A program made the position numbers and the translations under genes. Shown here in pieces: positions 1-13,520 of a stretch of 64,000 bases of DNA. The first letter of the stretch is position 1, and the number at the start of each line of letters is the position of its first letter. Origin of the DNA: Callorhinchus milii (Eukaryota); contig NW_024704742.1 in the NCBI RefSeq assembly GCF_018977255.1, forward strand, positions 63,862,001 to 63,926,000, read 5' to 3'. The notes beneath the pieces were generated by a model. It was given only the letters and a program-made list of their open reading frames with translations. It made no database searches and had not been told where the DNA came from.

Positions 1-524
1 GGAGGAGGTGGGAGGGGGGGGAGGTCTGGGCACATTTCCTCTCTCTCTCTCCCTTAAGAGCTTGAATGTGCACAGCAGCTCATGCAGAGAAAATATGTGA
101 GTAACATGAGGAATATTTTAAAAAAACCACCAAACAATAATGGAGATGTTGATAGCAATTAATTCTGTATGGATTAGTCTACCATCACAGTGGAAAGCTT
201 TTAGACCCAAAGTTGTCTAGTTCTTCCAAGCCATCCTGCACTTATCATGTCTCAAATGACATATATGCTGTATCCCAAAATATTATTTTCTAAAAGCAAA
301 TCCCTCCACCCCCCCCCCCCCAACACCCTGTAATAGCAGATTGATGCAATGCTTGTGCAACCATCCTTTGCTCAGCCATCCTTTGCTCTGTGCAGAGAGA
401 GCATTCCTCACCCTGATAAGGTTCTGCCCAAATCCATCTCTTTTTCACTTTTAATTTGTTACAGAGCAACACGTAAAGGAGTATTGCCCGAGCAACCTCG
501 CTCCCACCAACGTCCAGAGCTGCA

Positions 525-590
525 GATTACTAGCTGGAGCAGCAAATATTATTAACTAGATCAGCAAAGATTACTAACTAGATCAGAAAT
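525..590 (+). repeat. Three-unit 22-bp tandem repeat
   Basis: gattactagctggagcagcaaa / tattattaactagatcagcaaa / gattactaactagatcagaaa. Confidence 0.75.
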
Positions 591-700
591 GTTGCAGTCG
601 TTCATTTGGATATTATGCATTTTTAGGAAGCTTTGTAAAGCTTATGATCACCCTTCAGCCTGTCAGTCACTAAATCAGACTAAGACTGGGAAACCATTGA

Positions 701-752
701 CTCTCTCTCTATATATATATATATATACTGTATGTGTGTATATATATATATA
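701..752. repeat. (CT)n(AT)n microsatellite
   Basis: Direct reading. Confidence 0.9.
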
Positions 753-1085
753 AAAAATGATGCCACAAACACAAAGCACCTTTCTTTCAAGTTTTCCATT
801 CACCACATCACACTTTGCAACCTTGTTTCAAAAAGACAGGTAACTTTTCTCCAAGTGTGTAGGGAGCCTGTGAACTTCTATTCATTTATGTTCCAATTCT
901 TCACTTTTTAAAGAGAATTGCAATGATAGGAAAGCAAAACCAATCAGCAACTTGCATCTTTTGTGCTTGCATTAAAAAAGTCACAAGGGAAAAAAAGATA
1001 TATTAAATATCCATTCTGTACCAGTCTGCTACTAGTCCAAAAAAAACACCATCCCTTGAGGTTAAAATCCACATATCTTTCTTAC

Positions 1086-1500
1086 CTGTTTCTGCTTTTG
1101 CTTTCAATATCCTGTTAAGTGCAGATCCACTAATATCAGCCAGAGGAGAGCAGACCCCAAAGGGATGGGAGACTGTATTTGCAGGCGATGCTGCTGCTGT
1201 GTTGAGCAGCCTGTGGTAGAGATCGTTAGGTATCTTTCAATATATACACCAGTCAGTCAGTCACAGCCCGCACTCAGCTTCATGACTCAGTGAATCTCCT
1301 CACCAGCCTCACAGTCCATTCAGTCAAGCAGTCGCTGCTTCAAAATAAAAGCACTCAAGTTGCTGACTACACACAGCAGAGCTGAGCACCTCTGTCTCCA
1401 GTCTGCTTTTTGGGGGGGGTTGGGTTTTTTTTTAAATAAAAGAGCCACAGGCAATCGTTTTAGTGGCCAGGGAGGGAGGGGGGTGTGGAAGGGAGGGAGG
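1086..1500 (-). promoter_or_regulatory. PALLD: Candidate internal PALLD promoter and non-coding first exon
   Basis: Repeat-free island. On the minus strand: C-rich tract, TATTTAAA (1431-1438), AP-1 site TGAGTCA (1283-1289), strong donor CAG|GTAAGA with exon end at 1086. Confidence 0.5.
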
Positions 1501-4500
1501 TGGTCTTTAAATGGTCAAGAGTTAAATATTCTAAAACATTAAATACTCACTTTACAATATATTCTATACTATACATACACACCATACATAACATACAGAA
1601 TATACAACACATTCTGTGAAGGGTAATGCATTATAATTACTGTCTATATATGCTACTTCTACAGATAATAATCCGTGCATTTGATTTAGCGCCTCATCAC
1701 GTCTTTGAGACGTCTCAGAGGGCTTTACAGAATATACAGTAAAGTGAATTGACTATATTTTGTGGGCGAAATGTGACAGCCAATTGCACACAGCAGTGAC
1801 CCACAAACTGTCATGGATTGAAGTGACCAACTTATTATTTTTTTAAGCAATTATTACTCCCGGAAAAGTGATCTGCAAATCAACTAATAATCGGGTTCCT
1901 ACTTACTGCTAAGTAAACAGAGGCGTGTGGAGTAAGGAAACTTGCTCAACATTTTGCCATGCTGGGAATCGACCCAGGTCTCTCGCTTGCGAGGTGAGTG
2001 TTCTAACCACGGAGCTACAGGACTTCTGTATATATATATATATAGCATGATGAAGTGTTTTAGCAAATCCAAGGATTTCACCCACAAAATATACATTCAT
2101 TTTACAATTCTGGAGTCGTGAAGGTAATAATTAATTTTAAAAAATAATGAATTGGTCACTTCAATCCACGACTGTTTGTGGGAAAGTGCTTTGTGCAATT
2201 GGCTGCCGCGTTTTGCCCATAAAATATAGTCAATTCACTTTACAGGATATTCTGTGAAATGCTTTGAGACATCTCAAATGCGGGTTAAAGTGTTAGAATC
2301 AAATGCAAGGATTATTATTATTATTTATACTGTGAAGCGCTTTGAGACATTTCAACAATAACAATTTATATTTATATAACGCCCTTCACACGGGGTAGTG
2401 TCCTGGAGTGCTTGATTTCTTAATGATGCTATATCAAATGCAAGGATTATTATTATTATTCTTCTTCTATCATACCGAGTTGAGACACTTGGTCCATCAA
2501 TTGTGTACGACTTGTGCTCAGTCAATCTCGCCTTATCTCATCCTTGAGACATCTCAAAGCGCTTCACAGAATATACTGTCAAGTGGATTGACTGTGCATT
2601 TTGGGGGTAAAATAATGCCTTTACTGTGGTTTCCCCAAGCAATTTATGATGCAGGGTGGCCACCAAATCTCTTGCAAAATGGCTGCACTGGTTCCTACCA
2701 TGTAAATGGTCAGGCAGGACGAAGAGTTCCAAACATACACAATGAATCTGCTCTGTAGCCATTTACTGGGGTGGGTCCAACCCCTGGAGCCTGTAAAGGT
2801 GCACCAATATATATGGCAGCGTTGCTTGGTGTGTTTCATCTCCACCTGCTAAGAGGCAGTGATCCTTGTGCTGCCTTAGATCAATCACCTCTGGCAGATG
2901 AAAGGTTAGGTCTTATAGATGAACTCTCAATATCACTGCAGTCAAGCTCTTCAGACTAAAAGCTTGTTCTTTGGACCTGAGTGCTCTTGAATCTTTTTAT
3001 CATTTTCCTGCTAAAACACACAGTCAATTCACTTTACAGTATATCTTGTGAACCTCTTTGAGACGTCTCGACGATGTGATAAGGCGCTACATCAAATGAA
3101 AGGATTATTATATATTATCATCTGAACTCACATGACAGTCTCACAAGTTTGACCCAGGATTCACTGTTAAGCGTAATATCAGTGTACCCTGCAGGCAAGA
3201 GTGAAACAGAAATGGACTGAATCTCACATGGCACCAAATTTATTCTATACTAATCCCATTCACCCCTAAATAATGGAGTAGTTTTTTACAAAATATATAT
3301 ACAAGTTGGAATATTACCAGTAAAAGTTAGAGCCATTTACAACGATAATTGCATTTATACAGTGTCTTTCACGTTGGGAGGATTTCCCAAGGTGCTGGAC
3401 AGTAGAGGGTTTGCACCTGAGCTGGGGTTGGATTACTTTACGCTATATCAAATGCAAAGATTATTATTATAAATTGGCAACTTATTCTATTGTTTGTGGG
3501 ACACTGCAGCCGCATTCGCCGACACAAACAATATTCACTTCATTTCTGATCACTACCAGTTTGGTGCAGCATTTCAAGACGTTCTTTTCTTTACTTGGAA
3601 AGCGCTATATAGATTGCTAGTGATTCATTGTGTTTGTTTGTCTTGGGTGTGTGTATGTGGGGGGAGGGGGGGATACCGGGGTCAAGAAGTTTAAATAAAG
3701 TCTACATTGGGAAGCACATGTATCAATAAGAAACACTGCACATGGTACAGCACAGTTGTTTAGTTGAATCTAACTTTTACTAGCAGTGTGCTGGCTGTAT
3801 TCTTTGAAAGAAAAACTATTATTCTGAAAGGTTCAGCATCCACTCCTTATTTGGTAGGCAGCCGAAGCTGTACTTTTTTTGTTCAAACATTTTGGTCAAT
3901 CCCCCAAAGTCTGGCTTCAGGAGGTCAGCCTGACTCAGCCTCCTTTGTTTCTCATCACCCAATCCCACAACGCTCGTGCCCATTTAAGGAGTGCCTTTCC
4001 TTTTTACAGTCCTCGGCTTGTTTTTCTTCAGTTTGTGCGTTCCAGATAGCTTCTTATATTTGACCTCAGAAACGTTTTTTTTTAATTCTAAACCAGAAAG
4101 ACTACAGCTGTAATTCTAATCATGTGTTACAGCGGTGGCGATGATTAAAGTTTAAGCACAACTTCTGTTTCACCTCAAAATGTGCTGTATTAATGGATTT
4201 AATTACTGTATTTGGTCAAATATTTGGGATGTCCTCTCGACGTAAAAGGCACTGTACAAATGTAATTTTGTTGTTGTTGGACTTATCACCGGATGTACTC
4301 GTGTCTTAAAAAAAAGTTACCATATAATTTTAAGAAACTTAACAGGCCATCAACATTCACTGTCGAGGCTCAAAATTGAATAATATTATTAATCGTAATA
4401 ATATATTTTTGCCTTTGACATAGCAGCTTACCAAAACGTCTCAAAGCGCTTTACAGGAATCTACTTTAAAGTGTAATGTGTATTTGTAGGCAAACACGAA

Positions 4501-5989
4501 AGCCAGTTTGCGTACAGCAATGTCTCACAAATAACCATAAACAATTTTATTTTGGGGATTGTTGGTTCCAACTTCTGTTTCTTTTTGAATAAGCCCATGG
4601 GATCTACCTCCACCTAATGTCCATCTAAACAGGCAGAATGGACCTCGGTATAAAATTTCATCTGAAGAACAGGACCTCCAACGATGTAGCACTCCCCCTA
4701 GCACCGCTCTGGAGTGTCAGTTTATAAGTTCAAAGTCCTGACGTGAGGTTTGAACCCACATCCTTCTGCCTCAGAGGCGAGAGTGCCACCAGCTGAGCAA
4801 GGTTGATAAAATGGGTGAAGTAGAGAAGAATGAATGATACTATCCCTCAAAAAGAATCAAATGCACAGGAGAAGGGGAGAAAAGTGCAAGAGAAAAAAAA
4901 ACTAGGATAAGTATATTTGAGTGAAACAAGTTACTGTAAGGAACTAATATTGTTCTGTATTGCATATCACATGCAAGAGACCTGTAAACATACTTCTCGT
5001 TGATGGGATGAAAGAAGTATTAATGTGCTCCAGTCTGATATACAACATTCACATTGTGCAGGGCATTTATTGACGACACTTGCCTCCACAAGTCTATCCT
5101 CCTGATCTAAACCCTGGTACTCTCTTCTGAACACTGTGGTGGGTGCAACATTGCCCACAATTACTGCAGTTGTTTGAAGAGAAGGCCCATGACCTTCATG
5201 AGTTAAATTCCTGCGAAGTGCTTTGAAATACCTCAATACACGTGATAAGGTGCTATGTGCAAGAATTATTATTTTTACATAAGCGTCACATGGTGTCCAA
5301 TAGATTCATAAAAAGAGCCCAGAAGCCTATGAGATCCACTGACAGGATAATTACCTCCCGCCTTTCCACTTCCCATCCAACATTCTAAGCAGACATCGCC
5401 TCTGTCCTCTCGAGGAAGGCTTATCATTGCTTTGGGGTTGGAGGCAGAGGCAGAGAAGATGGAAAACAATTAGAAACCACTTCCAGTGTTCTTATTTTAT
5501 GAGGTCATGTCACCTGAGCCACAGTGTCTTGAATCCCTCCCGGCTCTTCTTTATTCCACACGTATTACCTATGCCTCTAATTGCATGGTTTATTAAAATA
5601 AAAAGGATTAATCATTTCCTGTCCCATTCCTGCCCGGGCAGCTCTGTGAAATTTTATCCCTTTACATAGAGCCTAGGCTGCTAGTCTCTCCTCTTTCTCT
5701 AAAGCAACGTCTTGGCAGCAGTTTGACGAAAAATGGTTTAAGATCTGAGTGGAAACAGCATTTGTGTACACAGGACTGATAGAGCTTCAAAATGCTGTTT
5801 TGCACATCACCTTGTGCCTTATCAACCCTCCTGAAAATTTCTCTCTTTGACCGTGCGTTTGGTCAATGTCCTAAATTCCCCCTCCCCACCCTTCCCACTC
5901 TGTTTGGTGTCTGCATTGTCTTTTTAAAGCACTTTGAGATAGTCTCCTAGTGCAAGGTGCTATATAGATACAGTTGTTTGGTTTAGTCC

Positions 5990-6545
5990 GTGCCATGCCC
6001 CTCCATCTGTGCCATGACCCATTCTGCCTTCTCCCACCTCCACAACATCACCCGGCTCCGCCACTGCCTCATCACTCAGGCCACCGAAACCTTCATCCAC
6101 ACATTTATTACATCTAGGCTTGACTACGCCAACTCCTTGCTTGTCGGCCTTTCCAACTCTTTCCTTCTCAAGCTGCAAATCATCCAGAACTCTGCAGCTC
6201 CTCTCCTGTACTAGGCTCTGTGATCTTATCACCCCCATTCAGCTCCACTGGTTCCCCATCCTCCAGAGGACAGAGTTCAAAATCCTCATTCTCATCTTCA
6301 AGGCCCACTACAGCTTCGCTCCTTTCTACCTCCGTGACCTGCTAACCCCATATCAACCTGTCCACTCCCTCCGCTCAGCAGTCTATGGCCTGCTCCACGT
6401 CCCCCGCCTGGCCCTCCCCACCATCGGCGGTTGGGCCTTCAGCCTCTCTGCCCCCACGCTTTAGAATTCCATCCCATGTTCCCTTCGCCTCGCTACCTCC
6501 CTTGCTTCCTTCGAGGCACGTCTTAAGACCCTCCTCTTGCTGGCA
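5990..6545 (+). mobile_element. L2 LINE 3' fragment
   Basis: HTFITSRLDYANSLLVGL, LQIIQNSAA, LHWFPI..FKIL. Confidence 0.88.
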
Positions 6546-7439
6546 TAACCTGTTTAGTCAGGATACCCCTGTAGTGCATTGGGATGTTTAAAAGACGTGA
6601 AAAGCGCTATATCAAATGCAAGGATTATTATTATTATTAGTTACAGTCAATGATGTTTTTGGTTTTCAAGGCACGTTGAAGCTATGTGGAAAGGGTACCC
6701 TCCCTCCCCCTCTATGTAATTACCCATTCAAAGTTCCTGAGTGAGACTCCAGGGCACTGCTGATGACAAACCAGCCAGCCTGGCTCTTTAGCAGGACTTG
6801 GAGGGACAGACCAATCACTTGGAGGTAAGGATTCTTCTCACTCTGCTCCTATTAACCCTACAAGTCAAAGCCCTAATGGGTAAGGTGATCTTAGCTGGAT
6901 AAGCAATGGGAAGCTTGCTAGACAGTGCACTCAATAGCAAGCTATGTAGTTTTAGCCGATCATACACCAACGCACACTCTGGTCCTTGTCAACAACCTGC
7001 GCCTAACAATCTTCAGAATTTGATAAACAGGTATTCCCTCCAGCGAAATGAATATGAATATGCATTCCAAAGCTCATGCTATCCTGCATGAAGGTCAGTG
7101 TATGAATGCAAGTTGTTGTTTTGCATGTCAAATGCTCACCAGCGTATTAAACCTGGACTTAAGAAAGCCAACATTGCCAACAGTTATGCTTGGCAACCAA
7201 TGAAATACCTCTCATGCACCTTGGGCTTACAAAATATTTTACAACCACAACGGAATAGTAGTTGATGGCATTGGGCAGTGCACCAACAATGCAACAGAGA
7301 GATAATCTCAGCTGAGTGGCAAAGTATGAACTTCAACCGACTAAAACAAATATAAAAAAGGTCCCGTCTGTTTCATAAAAGCTCAACGCACATTTTATGC
7401 ACTTCACATTTCACTCTGGAGAAAGAATCTGATATGAGC

Positions 7440-7880
7440 TCATCACCAGAGCACACATTTCCATCCTTAACACCGGAGACTCAAATGCACAAAAAGCTCA
7501 CCTCTCTATCTAGTACTTCAATACAGATAGGAGAATTAAGGTATACGACAGGACCCCGATATCAGTGCATGCTAAGATCTAGCCCAGAGATGCACTGAAA
7601 AACTTTTTGCTCAGGCAGTAGTACAAGATAGTTTGAGGACTTAGCACACATTCTGTAATCCATCAGCTATCTGTCTGGTACACAGAGCTGTAATCGTCAA
7701 CACTCCGCAATGGGAGATTCTGCAAGAACTCGCAAGAGTCAGACCATTGTACATCAGACAAGGATGATAGCCTGCAGCAGAGTACCACAAGAGGTGTAGT
7801 TATCACTAGCAGATTACTCATATCAGATAAAGATGGTGGTAAACAGCATTGCATGCCTGAAGCATAGTCAGACAGATAGA
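7440..7880 (+). mobile_element. Highly decayed RTE-clade LINE ORF2 remnant
   Basis: Across frameshifts: HFPSL, VHRAVIVNT, LYIRQ, YHKRC in the same order as RTE HFPYLGS...VYRAVVLTTLLYG..W.LY....LEQYHQRCLR. Alignment by eye only. Confidence 0.5.
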
Positions 7881-9795
7881 AAGAATGCAGAACATTTGGT
7901 TAAGGATTCAGTTTGAGCGGAGTAAGAGAGCAATGGATCAATATATTTACGTATTTAAATAAAATAAGTGAAGCAGGCTTTGAAAGGTTTATTGATGTGC
8001 AATTCTGTATTAAGTGGAATTAACTTTGGATACTGATTGACATAATGATAATACAAGGACAGATACCCAACTACAAAGGCGTTATCTTAACAAAAATTCC
8101 TGCAACAACTAGACAATGAACAGTATTCCTGGTTTGTTCCCTTTTCACACACACACCCCACTTCCAGCCCCATAGTCAGTACTGCACAAATAGTCATCCA
8201 TCTGAGTAGTCAAAACAGTGCTCGCAGTGGCAAACTTTGGGGTTTTAGCTGGTTAAACACCAGCAGTACCCAAACGCACACTCGTGGGTTCCCAAGCCTT
8301 GGCTCTTGTCAACCTATGCTTAATACTTTCCGGATTTAGGGAAGTAAGGTGGGTCCCTCCAGGGAGAGTGTGCGCACTCGATTTCCAGGAATTTCCATAC
8401 CTATTTTGAATGTTCAGTTTGGTTTAGATACTCTTAAGCATGGGAATGGGTGTGCGTGTGTCATGGATGATCAAAATAAAAATCATCATCACTTAAAACA
8501 CTGTTTATTGTAAACTCCACAATATGTTCTGGTCACAAAACAAAAACCAGTATCTTTGTTGTTGATGTGCAAGAGAATATTCACACTGAAGCTATTGAAT
8601 GCACACTTATGGTGCACTGTGCATTGTGTAGCCGCATTGTAACCCGCTTCTTTGGTTATTACACAGTTGCACCTTTTTTTTTGATCAGCCGGGTGTCTGA
8701 CACATGCGAAAACCATCTTCATGCTTAAAAGTATGCAAACCAAGCTGAGATTTCCCTGCATCCCACCTACACATGGACATCCCAGAGATAAATTGTTAGA
8801 ATGGAATGTGCACTCTCTCCCTGAAGGATAGCATCCTGCTCACCTAATTCCAGAAAGTATTAGGCGCAGGTGGCAAGAGCCAAGGCTTAGGGTACTGCTG
8901 GAGTCTGACCAGCTAAATTGAATCCCATTCATTGTGGATGCCGTAACCAGCCAAGGAGATTTCCGTGTGCTGGCCAGCTTTTCGGCTGATATGGTCGACC
9001 ACTATGAGTCATCAGGTCGCTGCTGGCAAGACTTAATGTTTTGAGATGTGTCAAATGAAAGTGTTATTATTAATATTATTATTAAAATTATTACTTTAAT
9101 ATGCCAGTTGATCAAGAAATCACATTAGGAAAAGCCTGGAACAAATGGAGAGAGTCTACACACAAGGCAAATATTTCACCAATTGAGAGAACTAAAAATT
9201 TGACAACTGCCCAAGGCTGAAATCTAAAGAAACAGATATTGCTGCAGCCAAGTAATGAGTGTCTGCAAAATCTCGCTCGAGAGAATATAAATCTTTGTGC
9301 ATTAAGCGTGAGCACAACTTTACTTGAACTGTTGATTCTTGTAATGTACATCTGTGCTGCATGTGTGTGGTCCTCATTCTGCACAAGGCAGAGCCACAAG
9401 CAGAACATGGTATAAAACAAGGCAAGGCTGAGAGAGAGACGACAGACAGTTATCAAAGGGAGGGAGGGATATGGTCACGTATTCCTGAGAAGAAGGCCAC
9501 GAGTCCCTGTTCTGTCAATAAACTGTCTCATGAGCGCAACGGATCCATTGGGTTGGTTATTACAGGCACATTTCAGAACGAACGCATCCTGGTGTGTTTT
9601 GTTTCCTTCCTGTGCATCTGGGGAGACTTGGATTATTAAAAACCTCACGTACAATCTTTCCTGACTTCTCTTAGACATGCATAGGCTGTATTAATCCTGT
9701 CTCCGGTGTTTTCTTACCCGTGGACCGTGCAGAGCATAGAGCATGTGAAGGGTGTTCTAATGTCAGCGGAGGCATGGAGAATTTATCATGCTCAC

Positions 9796-9983
9796 CGCTG
9801 TATATTAACAGGAGTATGCAATTTCCCCCAAAGCAAGTGAGAGGTAGACAATGACTTGCTTCTTACTAACAGCACTTCGACCAGTGCCCATTTGGCACAA
9901 TGCCATTTCATTCTAAAGAATCTTGATGCTTCTTTCCTCCTCGTCTTTCTTCTCCTTATTTTTTTCAATACAAATAAAGCCAT
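9796..9983 (-). CDS. Candidate alternative coding first exon of a short palladin isoform
   Basis: ORF (ATG 9983 or 9911) ...MKWHCAKWALVEVLLVRSKSLSTSHLLWGKLHTPVNIQ(R) ends at donor GCG|gtgagc in phase 2, the phase of the host intron. Confidence 0.4.
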
Positions 9984-10208
9984 TACTGATAAGCTTTTCT
10001 TTTCTTACTGAGGTGAAGGTCACAACATCTTAAAGGTCAAGTATTTTAGGGGATGGAATTTAAAAGGGTAGAGTGGAGGAGAGAATCAGTATTGGAATAC
10101 GCAGGTCTAGTGGACGAGATAATAATAAAATGAATAATAATCCTTGAATTTGATATAGCGTCTTATCATGTCATTGAGATGGCTCAAAGCACTTCAGTAC
10201 AAGTTAAA

Positions 10209-10855
10209 AAAAGCTTATCGTGGTCTATATTGTCCAGTCCTTTTAGAATCTTAAAGACCGTAATCATATCGCCCCTCAACCTTCTCTTGCCCAGTGTGAA
10301 CATGCTCAGTTCACCTAATCATTCCTCATAGTCCAGTTCCTCCATCCCCTCAATCATTCTTGTTGTCCTCCGCTGTATCCTCTCAATCACTGCAATATCC
10401 TTTTTATATTGCGGTCACCAGAACTGCACACAGTACTCCAAGCGCTGTTGCACGATTGATTTATAAAGTGGCAGGATTATTTGCCCTGTTACTCACGGCT
10501 ACAGAGCACTGTTGCGATAGCTTCAATTTATTATCAATCAGGATTCCCAGGTCCTTTTCATTTTCCATACAGATTATTTTCTTACCATTTAAATAATAGT
10601 CCCTTCCTGGACTTTTTTGTCCCATGTGAAGCACTTTGCATTTCTCTACATTAAATTTCATCTGCCATCGATCTGCACAATTCCCAAGTATGTTCAAGTC
10701 CTACTGTAACCTATCCTGATCATCTTTGCAGTCTACCACCTCCATTAGCTTTTTGTCACCTGCAAATTTCACCACTATGCTTATGACACCTAACTCCTTA
10801 TAATTTATGAAGATGTTAAATAAACGAGGTCACAAAACTGACGCCTATGGAACTC
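10209..10855 (-). mobile_element. CR1-clade LINE ORF2 fragment
   Basis: ADRWQMKFNVEKCKVLHMG...EKDLGILIDNKLKLSQQC, typical of the CR1 RT C-terminal region. Confidence 0.9.
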
Positions 10856-11274
10856 TCATTCAAAATTTGAGACGATCACAAGATTGGTTTGGATGAAAAG
10901 TTTATTTGGCCCATTCTCATTTTGACCTGAAGTCCTATTAAAGATTCCATAGCACAATTCGAAAAGAGAAGGGAGTTTCTCCTGGTGTCCTGGCCAACAA
11001 TCCCCCAATTAAAATTATTCATTCGCTTTGTGGGCATTCGTAGGACATTACTGTGTGCAACTAATAGCCTTATCATGTTGTTGAGACGTCTCAAAATGCT
11101 TCACAGAATATACTGTAAAATGAATTGACTATTTTGTAGGTGAAATGGATACTTTTTTTAAGAAGTATTGTGACTGTGGATGTTACTTTACAGTATATCC
11201 TGTGAAGCAATTTGCGATGTCGTCCTGAAGTGAAAGGCACTAGACCGAATGTAAGGATTATTATGATTATCCTT

Positions 11275-11650
11275 CCAGAATACCCACCCTTCCATCCTCC
11301 CACCACAGCTCTAAACTAATTCTTAAATAAATCCAGCATCCTGGTCTCAATCTCCCTTCCTGGTAACCTTTTCCAGTCATTAATTACCCTCTGGGTAAAG
11401 TCTGTCTGTAAAGCCTGAAAGTATTTGAAGAGTATTGTCTGTCCTAAAAAAGCCTTGTCTGTCTTGAAATTACCCTTTGGAACTCTAAACCTGTGTCCTC
11501 TTGTTCTTCTGTCTCAGTGTATCCGAAAGTATTGTTCTGGGTTTACATTTTCATTCCTGTTTAAAATTTTATAAACCTCTAAAAGGTTTCCCCTGAGACA
11601 TCTCCTTTCAAGACTGAAGAGCCGTAGCTTGTCTAATCGTTGCTCAAAGT
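11275..11650 (-). mobile_element. CR1 LINE 3' fragment
   Basis: Reverse strand reads as the CR1 3' end (FSLERRCLRG, TRGHRFR, TQRVINDW). A related copy lies at ~41090-41580 (-). Confidence 0.7.
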
Positions 11651-13473
11651 CACAGCTCATTCCTCCCATTGAAATTGCTGGATAATTGAATCACATTGAT
11701 CTTAGATTTCCCCTGAAGTCAGCTACAAAATCAGATCCAGACATCATACGGTCCCAGGGAATCAGGATTTGGTTGTTGAATTTGAACCCTGAGCTGAATG
11801 CTGAATAAAGAATTGCCAAGCAACCACATTTAGAAATGAATATTTCATTCTGACAGAAGGAAAACCACATGCATCATACAAGAGCTTGTCTTAGCAACGA
11901 TTACAGAAAACAACCAAGCAGGAATTTGGCAGTTCTTTGAAGGTTTATGTCCAGCACTATTTTTAGATGCAACATCAGCCTTGTATACTTTTAATACATT
12001 CATCTGACAGTGCTAAGACATGTTAGTAACATTCCAAATGCATTGCTTAAATGTTTTGTAATGATCCAAGAACACTTTTTTGCGTTTTTTTCAGATTGGG
12101 CGACTAATCTAACTTCAGACCCAATTACAGTCAACAAGGCTACAGTGGAAACACATTCAAGGAATGGAACATTCTATTGTCCAGTCGGGAGTACAATCTG
12201 CTTCATTAATATGAGGCTTAAATAGTGACTTAAATACTGTATGAAATAACTGGAGTACCTATAGAATCAATGTTACAGTACAGGAGGAGGCCTTTTGACC
12301 CATCAAGCCTACACTGGAGCTACTTTATTGGAGTTATATCTCATGACCCCAACTCTCTTCTCTTAACCTGTACTCTGTTATATTGTAACTCGTCAAATCC
12401 CTTTTTTTTATTTCTCTGTTAAACCTTATGATCTTAGCCTCAGTGGAGACTTGTGGTAAAGTATTCCATGTTCAGAGAACATCGTCTGTGAATGAAGGGG
12501 GGTAAATTCAGAACAAATCTGCTGAAACACTACTTCAGTGAACGAGTAGTAAACTTATGGAACAGGGAGACTGTGGAAGCAGAAAGTGTTGATTGTTTCA
12601 AGAACAAATTAGTTAGATTTCTGTTAGGAAATAATATCCCGGGATACAGTTTATAGTTTAGGACATGACATGTGCATGCGGGATGGTGGAAGACAAACTG
12701 GATGGACCTTGGTCTTCTTTCGTCTAGCAAGCTCTTATGTTCCGATAATTCTTTGCATAAAAGAGTTTATTTTAGACTCACACTCAGCCCCTCCAATGCC
12801 AATCCTTAGTTTAGGCTCATCTCAAAAATGCATTGGAAATGAAGCGGGTTTTGTAGTGTTGCAACGTTTATGATCTTGGAGAACAATAATAATCCTTACA
12901 TTTGATATAGCGCTGTATCATCTTGTAGAGATGTCTCAAAGCGCTTCACAGAATATACTGAAAACCGAACTGACAGTATACTTTGTGGGCGAAACAGGGC
13001 TGCCAATTGTGCACAACAGTGACTTACAAACAGTCATGGAATGAGTGACCAAATTATTTTATTTAGTTATTTTTTGAAGGGATTATTACCCCCGGAAAGC
13101 AATCTGTTAATCGACTATCAACCGGGTTCCTACTTACTGCTAGATAAACAGAGGCGTGTGGAGTAAAGAAACTTGCCTAAGGTTTTGCTCCACCCAGGAA
13201 TTGAACTTGGGTCCTCTCGCTTGTGAGGCGAGTGCTCTAAATAATACGCTGAAGCATTCCATCTCCCAGGTGGTGTAACAGTGGTGCAGACCACCTCCTA
13301 TTCATCACTTCAATATTCTACATGGTTTTGGATAGAGTGGAGGATGGGAACTGCTCTGTATAGTCTTGCATTCCCTGAACTCTGCCAGAAAAGGCAACAA
13401 CATTAAATCACTGGATGGATACAATTTGCAGTTGACACCTTTAGGGTTGAACACCGGTTTTGCTAACCATGTC

Positions 13474-13520
13474 AATTGTAATTAATTAATTGTAATTAAT
13501 TAATTGTAATTAATTGTAAT
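13474..13520. repeat. (aattgtaattaatt)n AT-rich tandem repeat
   Basis: Direct reading, about 3.5 units of 14 bp. Confidence 0.85.

Noticed and set aside
2610..3010. Overlapping short ORFs in non-repeat DNA between two inverted SINE tails
   Set aside because: No recognisable domain or convincing splice signals; ccaatatatatgg is not a CC(A/T)6GG CArG box.
8960..9030. Hammerhead-like CTGATGA...stem...CGAAA followed by palindromic gctggccagc on the minus strand
   Set aside because: No UH cleavage triplet after stem III, no clear stem I, and the motif is absent from other copies of the same repeat.
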